From NCBI RefSeq assembly GCF_963921235.1, contig NC_086109.1, positions 8,062,001 through 8,126,000 of the forward strand: a stretch of 64,000 bases of DNA. The letters are read 5' to 3'. The position numbers and the translations under genes were made by a program. Source of the DNA: Mobula hypostoma. Lineage: Eukaryota. This document shows, piece after piece, positions 51,011 to 62,869 of the stretch; the stretch's first letter is position 1; the number at the start of each line of letters is the position of its first letter. The notes below the pieces were generated by a model. The model did no database searches and had not been told where the DNA came from. It was given only the letters and a program-made list of their open reading frames with translations.

Positions 51011-53860
51011 TTACTGTAATTCAACTTCTTTATCTGTAATTTATCTTGTATTGTACTGCTGCCACAAAGTTAACAAATTTCACGAAATATGCCAGTGATA
51101 TTAAACCTGATTTTGATCCCATAGCTTTGCTGTTGATCCAAGTTGAATTTATTGTTATATGTACAAGGCACGGCAAGATATCTGTAGCATCACAGACACA
51201 CAAATGCACACAACATACAGAGCAGAAACCGTGCACAAGACTGTGAAGAAAAACAAGACCTTGGTGCAAAAGAACACAATTAGAAACGAGACCATTGTAA
51301 ACTTTACAGAAACACTACTAATTAACTTCCTATTTAACTTCCCTGTTTGTTCTACATATCTCTGCTACTGAAAAATATCTCAACTTTCCCAGAACTGATG
51401 AAGGGTCTTGGACGTGAAACGTTAGGAGAAAGAGAAACAATGTCTTGATCTGGAACCCTTCATCAGAATAAGTGCTGATAAAGGGTCCCAGACCTGAATC
51501 TTTATCTGTTTCTGTCTCCACAGACGCTGCCTGATATACTGACTGTTTAGAACATTTTCTGTTTTTATGTTAAATCTTTTTTTGTTACAGTTCCTGCTTG
51601 TCCCCTCTGCCCTAGGAAGGTGGTGAATTGTTGACCATTTTCCAATTCTTCCACTTGACAACTTCAGAATGAGGTGCAACATCTGTGCCTGTCACCTAGC
51701 GAAGAGAAAAACACGATGGTGCTATGATCACAAACTAGGCGAACAGATGGCATGCACAAAGACCTAGCAAAGATCAAACTAGAAGATCTTTATAGGTAAA
51801 CTTCAAAGTTATAAAACCCACATTTAACACAGTTGAACACTGACTAAATATGGCTACAATACATTTGCCTGTTAAGACATCTGTTGCCAGATAATAAGAC
51901 CAGAATATACAGGAGTATATGAAACCCCATAAACCCCTCACTAATCAAGGACTTGCTCAATGATTTGGCCTCCAGTCTGTGGCAAAGAATTCCACAGATT
52001 AACCACCCTCTGGCTTAATAAATTCCTCCTCTTAATTCTAAAAGGGACACCCTTCTGAGCCTGTGCCCTCTGATTCTAGACTCTCCTGCCAACGGAAACA
52101 TCATTTTTCCTGGCCTTTCAGTATCATAAAAACAAGAGGCTCTGCAGACACTGGAAATCCAGAGCAACACACACAAAATGCTGGAGGAACTCAGCAGGTC
52201 AGGCAACATCGATGGAAAAAGAATGAAGAGTCATCAGGACCAGTAGGTTTTAATGAAAAAATCCCCCATCCTTCTGAACTCCATCGAGTAGACCCAGAGA
52301 TATCAAACTCTTCTTTTACTTCAAGTCATTCCTGGGGCCATTCTTGTACACTTCTCTATAAAATTAATGTTTATCCATCTTCCATAAACATGGATTGCCA
52401 GAATGTTTGTGTTTGCTAAGGAGATGTGCGACATACACACACTCAAGCTACTAAAATGTAAGCCTTCTTGTTGGGGAAAAAGCAGCTATTAACGATACCA
52501 ACACGTGTTCACTTCACTGGAGGGCCGGAGCAGCATAGAAACTGCAGTAGATTCTAACTATATAGGAGAATATTTCATACACAAGAATTAATGAAAAGCA
52601 AAGAATCATTAATATGGGATGCAATTTGCTTTGAAGAGGCTATTTAAGACCATAAGAGATAGGAATAGAATTAGGCCATTCAGCCCATCAAGTTGCTCTA
52701 CTATTTGTTCATACCTTTTTTATTTTCTCTCTCAAGCTCATTTTCCTGCCTTCTCCCCGTAACGTTTGACCTCCTTACTAATTAGGAACCTATTAACCTC
52801 CACTTCAAATATGCCGGATGGCATGGCTTCCACAGCTGTCCATGGCAATGAATTCCACTGATTCAGCACCCTCTGGCTAAAGAAATTCCTCCTCATCTCT
52901 CTGCTGCTACTGAAAACACCCACACAGCCCAAGAAGCCATCTAATCCCTTGTCATTCAAATACGCAGCCCACACTGCAAATACTGTATCTCCCCTCCAAC
53001 CCAAAGCCTCCCTGGCTGACAACAATCCTAGATTTAAAGTTAACAAGTGTTGTAGAATTAGTTGACGTTTGCAGACCAGATTTTGCAGAACACAAATCAC
53101 CCAGTGTGTAATGTGCATAGAAGTATTTCCTAATTTCACTCCTAATGGCTGAGCCTTTTTTCATAAGATCAGAAAATATAGGAGCAGAATTACAAACGTT
53201 TGTAGGTTATTCAGCCCATCAGGTCTGCTCTGCCATTGGATTACGGCTAATTTATTTTCCCTCTCAACTTCATTCTCCTGGCTACTTCCCGTAACCTTTG
53301 ATACCTGACTAGTCAAGAACCTCTGCTTTAAATAAACTCACTGACTTCGCCTCCATCGCAGTCTGTGGCAATGAGTTTCATGGATTCACCAGCCTCTGGC
53401 GAAGGAAATTCCTCCTCATCTCTGTTCTAAAGGGACATCCTTCTGTTCTGAGGCTGCACCCTCTGGGTAGAGACAGATAGATTGGAGACGTTTAAGAAAC
53501 TCTTGGAAAGACGTACAGATGGTAGGGAAAATGGAGGGACATATAGGAAGGAACAGGTAGATTGACTTTAGAGTCGGTTAAAAGGTCGAGACAGGATCGT
53601 GGAATGAAGAGCTTGTACTGTGCTGTAGTGTTCTGTGTTCTAATTGAATGGGTCCACAAGTTAATCACCATGACAAATCACCGTGCACTCTTTCCAAGGA
53701 TAATTCACTCTTGCTAATGTCATGGAACTCTTGTGTTTCTTTAGAGACTGCCACCTCTATCGGCTTGGTATCAATAACAAGGTTCTCCGTGTTCCTTCTG
53801 ATAACCAAATGGATGGTGTTGATTTTGGGGTCAGTTTGTCCGATTTGTCTACTTAATCTA

Positions 53861-54378
53861 CACTCAGTGGCCACTTTATTAGGTGCACCTTTACACCTTC
53901 TTAATGAAAATATCTAACCAGCCAATCATGTGGCAGCAACTCAGTGCGCAAAAGAATGCAGGCATGGTCAAGAGATTGTTGTTCAGACCAAATATCAGAA
54001 TGGGAAAGGAATGTGATCTGAGTGACTTTGACAGTGGAATGATTGTTGGTGCCAGATGGGGTAGTTTGAGTATCTCAGAAACTGCTGATCTGGAATATTC
54101 ACACACAATAGTCTCTAGAGTTTACACAGGATAGTGTGAAAAACAGACAACATCCAGTGAGCAGCTGTTCTGTGGGTGAAACTGCCTTGTTAATGAGTGA
54201 GGTCAGAGGAGAATGGCCCGACTGGTTCAAGCTGACAGGAAGGCAACTGTAACTCAAATAACCATGAGTTACAACAGTGGTGTGCAGAAGAGCATCTCTA
54301 AACGTACAACGTGTGCAACCTTGAGTACAGCAGCAAAAGACCACAAACATACACTCAGTGGCCACTTTATTAGGTACA
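53861..54378 (+). mobile_element. Tc1-derived non-autonomous element (second copy)
   Basis: TA|cactcagtggccactttattaggt at 53861 and again in direct orientation at 54352, enclosing MGKECDLSDFDSGMIVGAR...SISETADL. Confidence 0.85.
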
Positions 54379-55447
54379 TTCCTGCAAGAAGCACTGGAAT
54401 TGGTTTATCGTTGTCACATGAACTGAGACACAGTGAAAAGCTTGTTTTGCATACTGTTCGTACAGATCAAATCATTACACAGTGCATTGAGTTAGAAGGG
54501 AAAACAATAACAATGTAGAATAAAGCGTGACAGTACCAGGGAAAGTGCAGAAGAAGAATCAGGTTTATTAACACTGACAGATGTCATGTAATTTGTTTTG
54601 CAGTAGCAATACATAAACGCAATAAATTGTGAAAGAGGTAGTGGTCATGGACTATTCAGAAACCTGAGGATTGAGGGAAAGAAGTTGTTCTCAAAACATT
54701 GAGTGGGTGTCTTCAGGCTCTTGTACCTCCTCGCTGATGGTAGTGATGAGGAGTGGGCATTTCCTGGGTGGCAAGGGTCCTTAATGATGCGTACCTCTCC
54801 CTAGAGGTACTGCCTTTTGAAGATGTCCTTAATGGTAGGCAGGTTAGTGCTCATGATGGACGTTACACGTAAACAATAAGGTGCGATTGATGAGGTAGAC
54901 AGTGAGATCATGAGCCCATCTTATCAAACTCGTTCGTTATGTGCTGTGCTGTATGATATGGGTGATCATGATCTTCCCATGACCATAGTTGTTCTTGGCA
55001 AATTTTTCTCCAGAAGTAGTTTAACATTGCCTTCTGCTGGGCAGTGTCTTTACAAGATGGGTGACTCCAGCCATTATAAATCCTCTTCAGAGATTGTCTG
55101 CCTGGCGTCAGTGGTCACATAACCAGGACTTGTGATATGCGCCGGCTGCTCATACGAGCATCCACTCCCTACACCATTGGCTTCGTCTTGACCTTGACAG
55201 GGGTGGGGGTGCTGAGCAGTGCTACACCATGTCCAATGGTGAACTGCAGGCTGGGGGAGAGAAGGAGTGCTTTGCGCCTCCTTCGGTAGAGAGGTGTCTC
55301 CACCCCGCCACCCAGTCTTATTGTACTAAGGAACTATTTAATAGTGCTTGAGCCTGGTTTTGTGTGCTTTCAAACTGTTGTATCTTCTGCCCAGTGGATG
55401 AGTACGCTCAAGTGTATTTCCATTTTAGATAGCTTATTTATTTCGCA

Positions 55448-55540
55448 ACACACATCAAAGTTGCTGGTGAACGCAGCAGGCCAAGCAGCATCTGTAGGAA
55501 GAGGTGTAGTCGACGTTTCAGGCCGAGACCCTTCGTCAGG
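55448..55540 (-). mobile_element. 93-bp hammerhead-bearing pseudo-LTR mini-insertion
   Basis: 12-bp TSD atttatttcgca (55436-55447, 55541-55552). Minus strand reads CTGACGA agggtctcggcct GAAAC GTC gact. Confidence 0.85.
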
Positions 55541-56014
55541 ATTTATTTCGCAGCCTGTTTCCCATTGACCCGATATTTTAAAAAAAACATTAGATGTTTA
55601 TAGTTTTCATGGACCTCTGCTTGAATGACATTCTCCAAGTGTGTTCCCTATCCTTCAGTTTACTGAAAAAAAAATCCCTTACACACCAAATTGAATGCAA
55701 CCGTTTGTAGTGTCGGCTCATTAAGTAAATGTATATTAACCATTGGAGACTGGTATAATTAATTATGGAATTTTCAACCAAACCTGGGTGGAGCAAACGT
55801 GCAGTAATACATTTTGGAATTAATTTTCTGCATTCCTTGCTTGCTAATTAAGGATCATTTTATCATTCCATCACTGACTCTGGGTGTAATTGCAGGTCCA
55901 ATGTTCATCTCCATCCCCAACTGTTTGTTTATTGTTATATAGAGATACCGCACAGTCCGGTGAGTCCACACCACCCTAATACTGTACACTCATGTGACCA
56001 ACTAGCCTTCTAAC

Positions 56015-56410
56015 CCATCCCTCTCTTTCCTCTTTCCCCTTTTCTATCTCTCTCCTCATTTCCCCCTCTCTCTCCCCTTTCCCCCCTCTCTCCCCTTTCC
56101 CCCCTCTCTCCCCTTTCCCCCCTCTCTCCCCTTCCCCCTCTCTCTCCCCTTCTCCCCTCTCTCTCCCCTTCTCCCCCTCTCCCTCCCCTTCTCCCCTCTC
56201 TCTCTTTCCCCCTCCCCTTTTCTTCTTTTTTCTCTATTCATTCCCCCTTCTTTGTCTCTCCCTTCCCCTCCTCTTTCTCCTCTTTCCTTCCCTCCCTCCC
56301 TCTCTCTGTCTCTCTCTGTCTTTCTCTCTGTCTCTCTTTTTCTCTCTCTGTCTCTCTCTCTGTCTGTCTCTCTCGCTCTCTCTCTCTCTCTCTCTCCCCC
56401 CTTTTTTTTT
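56015..56410. repeat. Polypyrimidine (C/T) low-complexity tract
   Basis: Read directly from the sequence. Confidence 0.95.
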
Positions 56411-56649
56411 AAACGAAGGATTCTGCTGCTATTTGACACATCATTTCTTGACCTGATTTCCTTAGCTCTGTACTTCACCCATCTGGGATCCATCTTCCCG
56501 GATTCCACGGTCTGCTTTGGAAACAATGAGAATTAGACCCTGCTGGTAATATTCTCTGTGGTGAAGCAGATCTTTACATCCTTTCACCATGTCATTCACC
56601 AGATGAGTTCAGTACCACTCAGCTCACAGCTCTTATATATTATCCAACT

Positions 56650-57045
56650 GCAGAAAAGTTATCAATAAGATTGAAAGAGTGCAGAGAAAATTTACAATGA
56701 TGTTACTGGGACTTGAGACCCTCAGTTATAGGGAAAGTCTGAATAGGTTAAGACTTTATTCCCTAGAGTGAAGAGAATGCAGGGAGGTTTGATTGAGGTG
56801 TACAAAATTATGAGAGGTATAGATAGGGTAAATGCAAGCAGAATTTTTCCACTGAGTTTGAATGAGATTAGATTTAGAAATCAAAGGTTAAGAGTGAAAG
56901 GGGATCCTGAAGGGGAACTTCTTCACTCAGAGGGTGATGAGTGTGTGGAATGTGTCCCTGCAGAAGTAGTGGATGCAGGTTGGATTGCAATATTTGAGAG
57001 AAGTTTGGATAGGTACATGGATGGGGTGGGTATAGGGGGATGTGA
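56650..57045 (+). mobile_element. CR1 LINE 3' fragment
   Basis: ORF 56768..57103 GGLIEVYKIMRGIDRV. Confidence 0.8.
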
Positions 57046-57719
57046 TGCTTCTAATGCTGAGATTGTCAGCAGTTCCTCTTCTCCCACCATGGATGCTGCT
57101 TGACCTGCTGAGTTCCTCCAGCAGTTTGTTGGTTACACCAGAATCAGATGACCTGGGTACACAGGGACAAAATATACATTGCTGTGATGTTCCGGGGACA
57201 GTCCCCCTATGACGGGTCTCCTCCTGAGGTGTTGCCTCCCCGTTTCCTTCCACAGATGCTGCCTGGCCCACTGAGTTGCTGCACCTTCCAGTATCTCTTG
57301 TATCTCCAAAGATGGCTAGATTTCTAGATTTTGTTTAATTTCTTGAGGTGCAGCACGGAACAGACCCTTCCAGCCTTCTGAGCCTCGCTGCCTTGCAGCC
57401 CCCCTGATTTAATCCCAGTCTCATCGCGGGACAATTTACAATGACCAGTTAACCTACCAACCATTACGTCTTTGGACTGTGGGAGGAAAACGGGGCACCC
57501 GGAGGAAACCCACGCGGTTACAGGGAGAACGTACAAGCTCTCTACAGGCAGTGTTAGGCGTTGAACCCAGGTCACTGGTACTGTAAAGCATTGTGCTAAC
57601 TACTGTGCTACCGTGCCACCCCATGGAAATCCAGGGATATGTTGACTGTTTAGGACAACAAGTAGAAGAGGAGTTCAGGTTCATGAATGTATAATACACA
57701 TTTATACATACATCTGTGC

Positions 57720-58126
57720 ATCACTTCCCCTCTGGAATTCCCCTTGCTTCACTTTCTCCTATCCTATCAGTGGCTCACTGTCCTGTCCAATCAGAATCCT
57801 TCTTCAACCCTCCACCTCTTCCAGCTATCCCCTCCCAGCTTCTCACTTCACACCCCTCTGCCACCCATCACCTGCCAGCTCGTGCTCCTTCCCCACCTTT
57901 TAATTCTGTTGTCACCTCTCTTCCCTTTCTAGCCCTGATGAAGGGTCTCGGCCTGAAACATCAACTGTGTATTCCTCTCCCTAGATCAGAGGGTCCCATC
58001 CTTTTTTATGCCATGGACCCCAGCTTAGGAATCCCTCACATAGATGCTGCCTGACCTGCTGAGTTCCTCCAGTATTTTGTGCAAGTTACTCTGGATTTCC
58101 AGCATCTGCAGAATCTCTTGTGTATT
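57720..58126 (+). mobile_element. Penelope-type pseudo-LTR with degenerate hammerhead (57931-57966) and a small hAT-like insert (~57985-58037)
   Basis: CTGATGA agggtctcggcct GAAAC ATC, then the tail 'gatgctgcctgacctgctgagttcctccag'. Confidence 0.7.
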
Positions 58127-60891
58127 TGTATTGGTTCAGCCACTCCCTCCTCTCCCTCCCAACATGTGGTTTTAGCTGGCAACCATTGGGAGTAATTTTG
58201 AACAGAATGTTATAGTACTAATGTAAAATTGTACCAAGTTTATTTTGTCAGTACTTTTGACCAGAATATTCAAGCTTCACTTTGGTTTGAGAATTTTATT
58301 TTAAGCCAGCTGTTTTATTGCCACATTAAAGTTCGAAGTTCCGCCTAGGTTTATGAACTTAGATTTTGAATAGTGAGCTTCTTAATTTTAGATTAGACAT
58401 CTCTAATCTTTAAACGTTCCTTAAAATTAGTCTCTCAAGATTAAGACTGTATAATTGAGTTGAAGCCCATTCAGCTGTTTCCAATTTAGGTAATTAAGAT
58501 CTATGTTTTCGCTTGAAGTTTGCATGAAGAGAACCATGTTAGAGTGCAGAACTATACTTAGTGATATAAATATTGGTATTTTTAACATGTAATTGAAGGG
58601 CATGCATAAGATGGTAGTGAGTTTATTTTCAAGTCTTTTAATTTGTTTTATTTTGACTAAGCATCATTTTATTCAAAAATAGAATTGGTGTAGGGTAAGT
58701 TTAAGTGCGGGTTCAGCATGGAGTCAGTGGGCCAATGGGCTTATTTTCATGCTGTATCTCTCTGGCTCAGTGTTGCCCAGGTACTACAGAGGATTTCAGC
58801 TCTGGATGTGGGTTCAGTCGTGACTATTCAGAGAAGTTTGAATAGGTTCGTGGGTGGGAAGGTTTTGGAGGGACATGGTCCAAGTATAGGTAAAAGGAAC
58901 TTGGCAGAAGCTCAGGCCAGAATGAACTGGATGGGCTGAAGGGTCAGCTTCTGTTCTGAAGGTCTCTGACCCTTTGACTCCGATGCTCCCGGTTGTAATC
59001 GTGTCGTGCTAATCACCCACAGTCGTGTTTTGGTCAGAGCAACACTATTTCAGCCCGGGACGTTGGAGTTTGGAGTTGGCTTCCTCTGTAAGGGGCTTGT
59101 ACGTTTCCCCACGTGGAACGCGTGTGTTTCATCTGGGTGCTCCGGTTTCCTCTCTCAGTCCAAAGGTGCACCAGTTAGAGTGATTGGTCATTGTAAATTG
59201 ACCTGTAGTTAGGCTAGGGTTGCTGGTAGCACAGCTCGAAGGGCTGAAGGGCCTATTCCACTTGGTGTCCCTAACTAAACTCTTAGCTGCAAGAAGATGT
59301 GAATGAGATTGAAAGAGTACAGAGGGTAAGTGCATGCAGGCTTTCCCCACTCAGCTTGGGCATACTAGAACTAGAGGTCATAGGAAAGGTGAACTATTTA
59401 AGGGGAATCTGAGGGAGGGCTTCTTCACACACAGGATGGTGCGAGTGGAACAAGCTGCCAGCAGAAGTGATGGATGTGGCTGTTGTGCTCTATGATTCTG
59501 TGACTCTGGGTCCGGATTCCAGTAAATTAACCACTTCAGTTCCACTCTGACCTGAATTCTAGGTTTACATAAACCTGCAGGTCCTCATCCCGGTTAGGAA
59601 TGCTGAGTTTATGAACACCCTGTGCATACAACAGTCTGGGAGACTGGCGGCGTGGATTTGTAGGATGCTGGAGAGCTGGCTATTTGGCCCATCAGATCAG
59701 TTTTTGGCTGCTAGAAAAGCCTGTCAGTCCCAGTCTGCTTACTCCCCTGTCGAGCAGCACAGTAGTGTAACACTTAAGATCAAGGTTCGATTCCCATCGC
59801 AGCCGGTAAGGACTTTGCACGTTCGCCCCGTGACTGCGTGCCTTTCCTTTGGGTGCTCCAGCTTCCACTCACATTGTATGGAGTAAAGTTAGTAAGTTCA
59901 AAGTAAACATTTTATCGAAGTACGTACTACCTTGAGAGTCACTTTCTTGCAAGCATTCAGAGTAGAACAGAAGATACTTTAGGATCAATGAAAAGCTACA
60001 AAGACTGAAAAACAATCTATGTGCAAAAGAAGACAAACTTGCTAACGCATTTAGATGTTTGTCAGAAGTACCAACATAGCATTTTATTCTGCATTCCTGG
60101 ATTGTTGTAGGAATATTGTGTTTTGCTAGCTGCCTGGATACTGTGAATGACTTAGCATGTTCTTGGTTCTGTGACATGTCACACAACAGGGAGTGGCAGC
60201 TATGTTTGTTGACATAAGCTGGTGTTCTGTTGACCTGCTGGCTGTGTGCCTCGAGGCAGGGGTCAGCGGGATCTGAGGGAAGCCGGTAAAAGCTGCAGGT
60301 CGCCAGACCTCACACTGCTGCCGTCTCTAGATAAGGCTCTGTCCTGGCCAATAGCTAGTGGCGATTCATTTACTGCAGATGAGAACTGTGTCTTGAGATG
60401 GTTCTCTTCATTGACTCTGTCAATACTTCTCGTTGCCTCGGAAAATAGCTAGCGTAATCTGGACCCTAACCACTCCAGACATTCTTTCTTTTTCACTCCT
60501 TTCCATCAGACAGAAAAGCCTGAGAAACATAATTTAGAAGATACAAAAGCTTTGGACTATGTGCCATCAGGATGGACTTCTAGCCCATTGTTCCAACAGT
60601 TCCATTTAATGTCAGTTCCATTTACTATACAACCTGAGATTCTTGTTCCTCACAGACATCCACGAAAACAGAAGAGTGCCCCAAAGAATGAGTGACAGTA
60701 AAAGTGTTCGAACCCCAAAGCCCCCCCTGGATTCCCCCCTCCCATGCACAAGCAGCAGCAAAGCATCGACCTTCCCCCTCCCTCACTTACTTCAGCAAAA
60801 ATCATCGGCACCTTCCACCCCCCCAAGAGAGACCATGATCTGCAGTACAACAAAAACATATCGTTCACCTGATAATTCAACACGCCACAGG

Positions 60892-61216
60892 CTCTCCCTC
60901 TCCCCCCTCTATCTCCCCCTTCTCTCTCCCCCCTCTATCTCCCCCTTCTCTCTCCCCCCTCTCTCTCCCCCCTCTCTCTCCCCCCTCTCTCTTCCCCCTC
61001 TCTCTTCCCCCTCTCTCTTCCCCCCTCTCTCTTCCCCCTCTCTCTCCCCCTCCCTCTCCCCCTCCCTCTCCCCCCTCTCTCTCCCCTCCCCCTCTCTGCC
61101 CCTTCCCCTCTCTCCCCCTTCCCCCCTCTCCCCCCCTCCCCCCTCCCCCCTCCCCCTCTCTCCCCCCTCTCTCCCCCTCTCTCCCCCCTCTCTCCCCCCC
61201 TCTCTCCCCCCCCCCC
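60892..61216. repeat. C-rich polypyrimidine tract
   Basis: About 325 bp, almost exclusively C/T. Confidence 0.95.
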
Positions 61217-61447
61217 AATGGTTGTTATAAGAAACTGGGACAATCTCTTGTACACTAATAATGAACTCTTGGTCTGTCAGTCCACCTCAGTTGCACCTTA
61301 TCTAGTTACCTATCTAGTTACTTATCTAGTTACCTGCACTGTACTTTCTCTATAACTGTGATCTTCCCAATGGGAGGCTGGTCCAGAAGATCTAGTTATT
61401 TGACATTCAGGATGAAGTAGTCAATTGGATTCAACGTTCACTGAGAG

Positions 61448-61517
61448 CGGGGGGTTCCCAAACTTTTTGTATGCCATTAACCTAGAGGTCCAAAGACCCC
61501 AGGTTGGGAACCCATGG
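61448..61517. mobile_element. Tiny hAT/Charlie-like MITE inside a CR1 RT fragment (~61360-61850)
   Basis: gggttcccaa...ttgggaaccc inverted termini; related ends occur at ~40175 and ~57990. Confidence 0.6.
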
Positions 61518-62700
61518 CTTAGAGGTTGGTAGTAAATGCTGTCTTTCTGACTGGAGGCTGTGACTAGTGATGCACTGGGGAGGAATGCAGGCTCAGTTGT
61601 TGTTTGTCATCTATATTAATGATTTGGATGATAATTCAGTAAACTGGATCAGAAAACGTGCAGGTGACACCAAAATTGGGACGCAGTGGACAGCGAGGAA
61701 GACTATCAAAGCTTGCAGTGGGATCTGGACCAGCTGGACTGAAAAGTGGCAGATGGAATTTAATGCAGACAAGTGTGAGGTGTTGCACAGGTGGAAATCC
61801 ATGTGTGAGGTTATGCACCTTGGTAGGAAGAATAGAACAATATATTTTTAAACAACGATAAACTAATTTTAGGAGCGGGAGATGTCTTTGTGTACAGGCT
61901 CAGGAGATAAAATGTAAAAGCTAACATAGCCAGCAGTTAGGAAGGTGCATGTCAATTGGTCTTTATAGATCATGGTGGAAAGGATTTTTCCAGTAGCAGG
62001 GGAGTCTAGGAGTAGGGCATAGCCTCAGAATATAGGATGTCCATTTAGTTAATAAAATTTACACTTTGAACTTTATGACTGATGACCAGAAGAATTTTTT
62101 CACAGTGTGCTTGAAAGTCCAGCAGTTTTGGCCTTGGGCAGTTGTTTAGACATTGAGGATCAGCATCACAGTGGTGTAATGGCTAGTGTGACATTAGTAC
62201 AGTTCGGGGCATTCCAGAGTTGAGAGCTCAATTCTGCCATCGCCCATAAGCGGTTTCTCTGTTCTCCCCATGTGCTCGTTGGCTTCCACCCAGAGCCCAA
62301 AGATGTACCGGTTAGTAGGTCAATTGGTAAGTTGTCCTGTGATTAGGCGAGGGTTAAATAAGGTGGGTTGCTGGGCAACGTGGCTCACTGTGCTGGAAGG
62401 GCCTTTCCCACGCTGCATCTCTGAATATATAAATCCATAAGGCTGAAACAGACTTTGGGCACAAGGAAACTGCAGGTTACTGGGATCAGTTCAGAGTGTA
62501 GGCTTGAGGTACAGGACCAGCCGTCAACTTGATGGATGGAGAAGCAAGCTAGATGGGCCAGACGACCTGCGAATGGTCCTTCTGCCTTAATGCTGGACCA
62601 GAACATCTGGAGAAGTTCATTTTTAATTCCTTATTTAGGAGGGCGGCATGGTACCGTGTCGCTGTTACAGTGCCGGCAACCTGAGTTCATTTCCCGCCTC

Positions 62701-62869
62701 ACAAGAGGAGTTTTGCAGATGCTGGAAATTCAAGCAACACACATCACAGTTGCTGGTGAACGCAGCAGGCCAGGCAGCATCTCTAGGAAGAGGTACAGTC
62801 GACGTTTCAACACACATCAAAGTTTCTGGTGAACGCAGCAGGCCAGGCAGCAACTTTGATGTGTGTTGC
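62701..62869. mobile_element. Pseudo-LTR-derived tandem/inverted mini-insertion inside a V-SINE
   Basis: 14-bp TSD tcatttcccgcctc (62687-62700, 62870-62883). Confidence 0.85.

Noticed and set aside
60643..61255. Pro/Ser-rich and Gly/Arg/Glu-rich ORFs (also 56056..56536 and 28058..28961)
   Set aside because: These are stop-free only because they run through low-complexity repeats.
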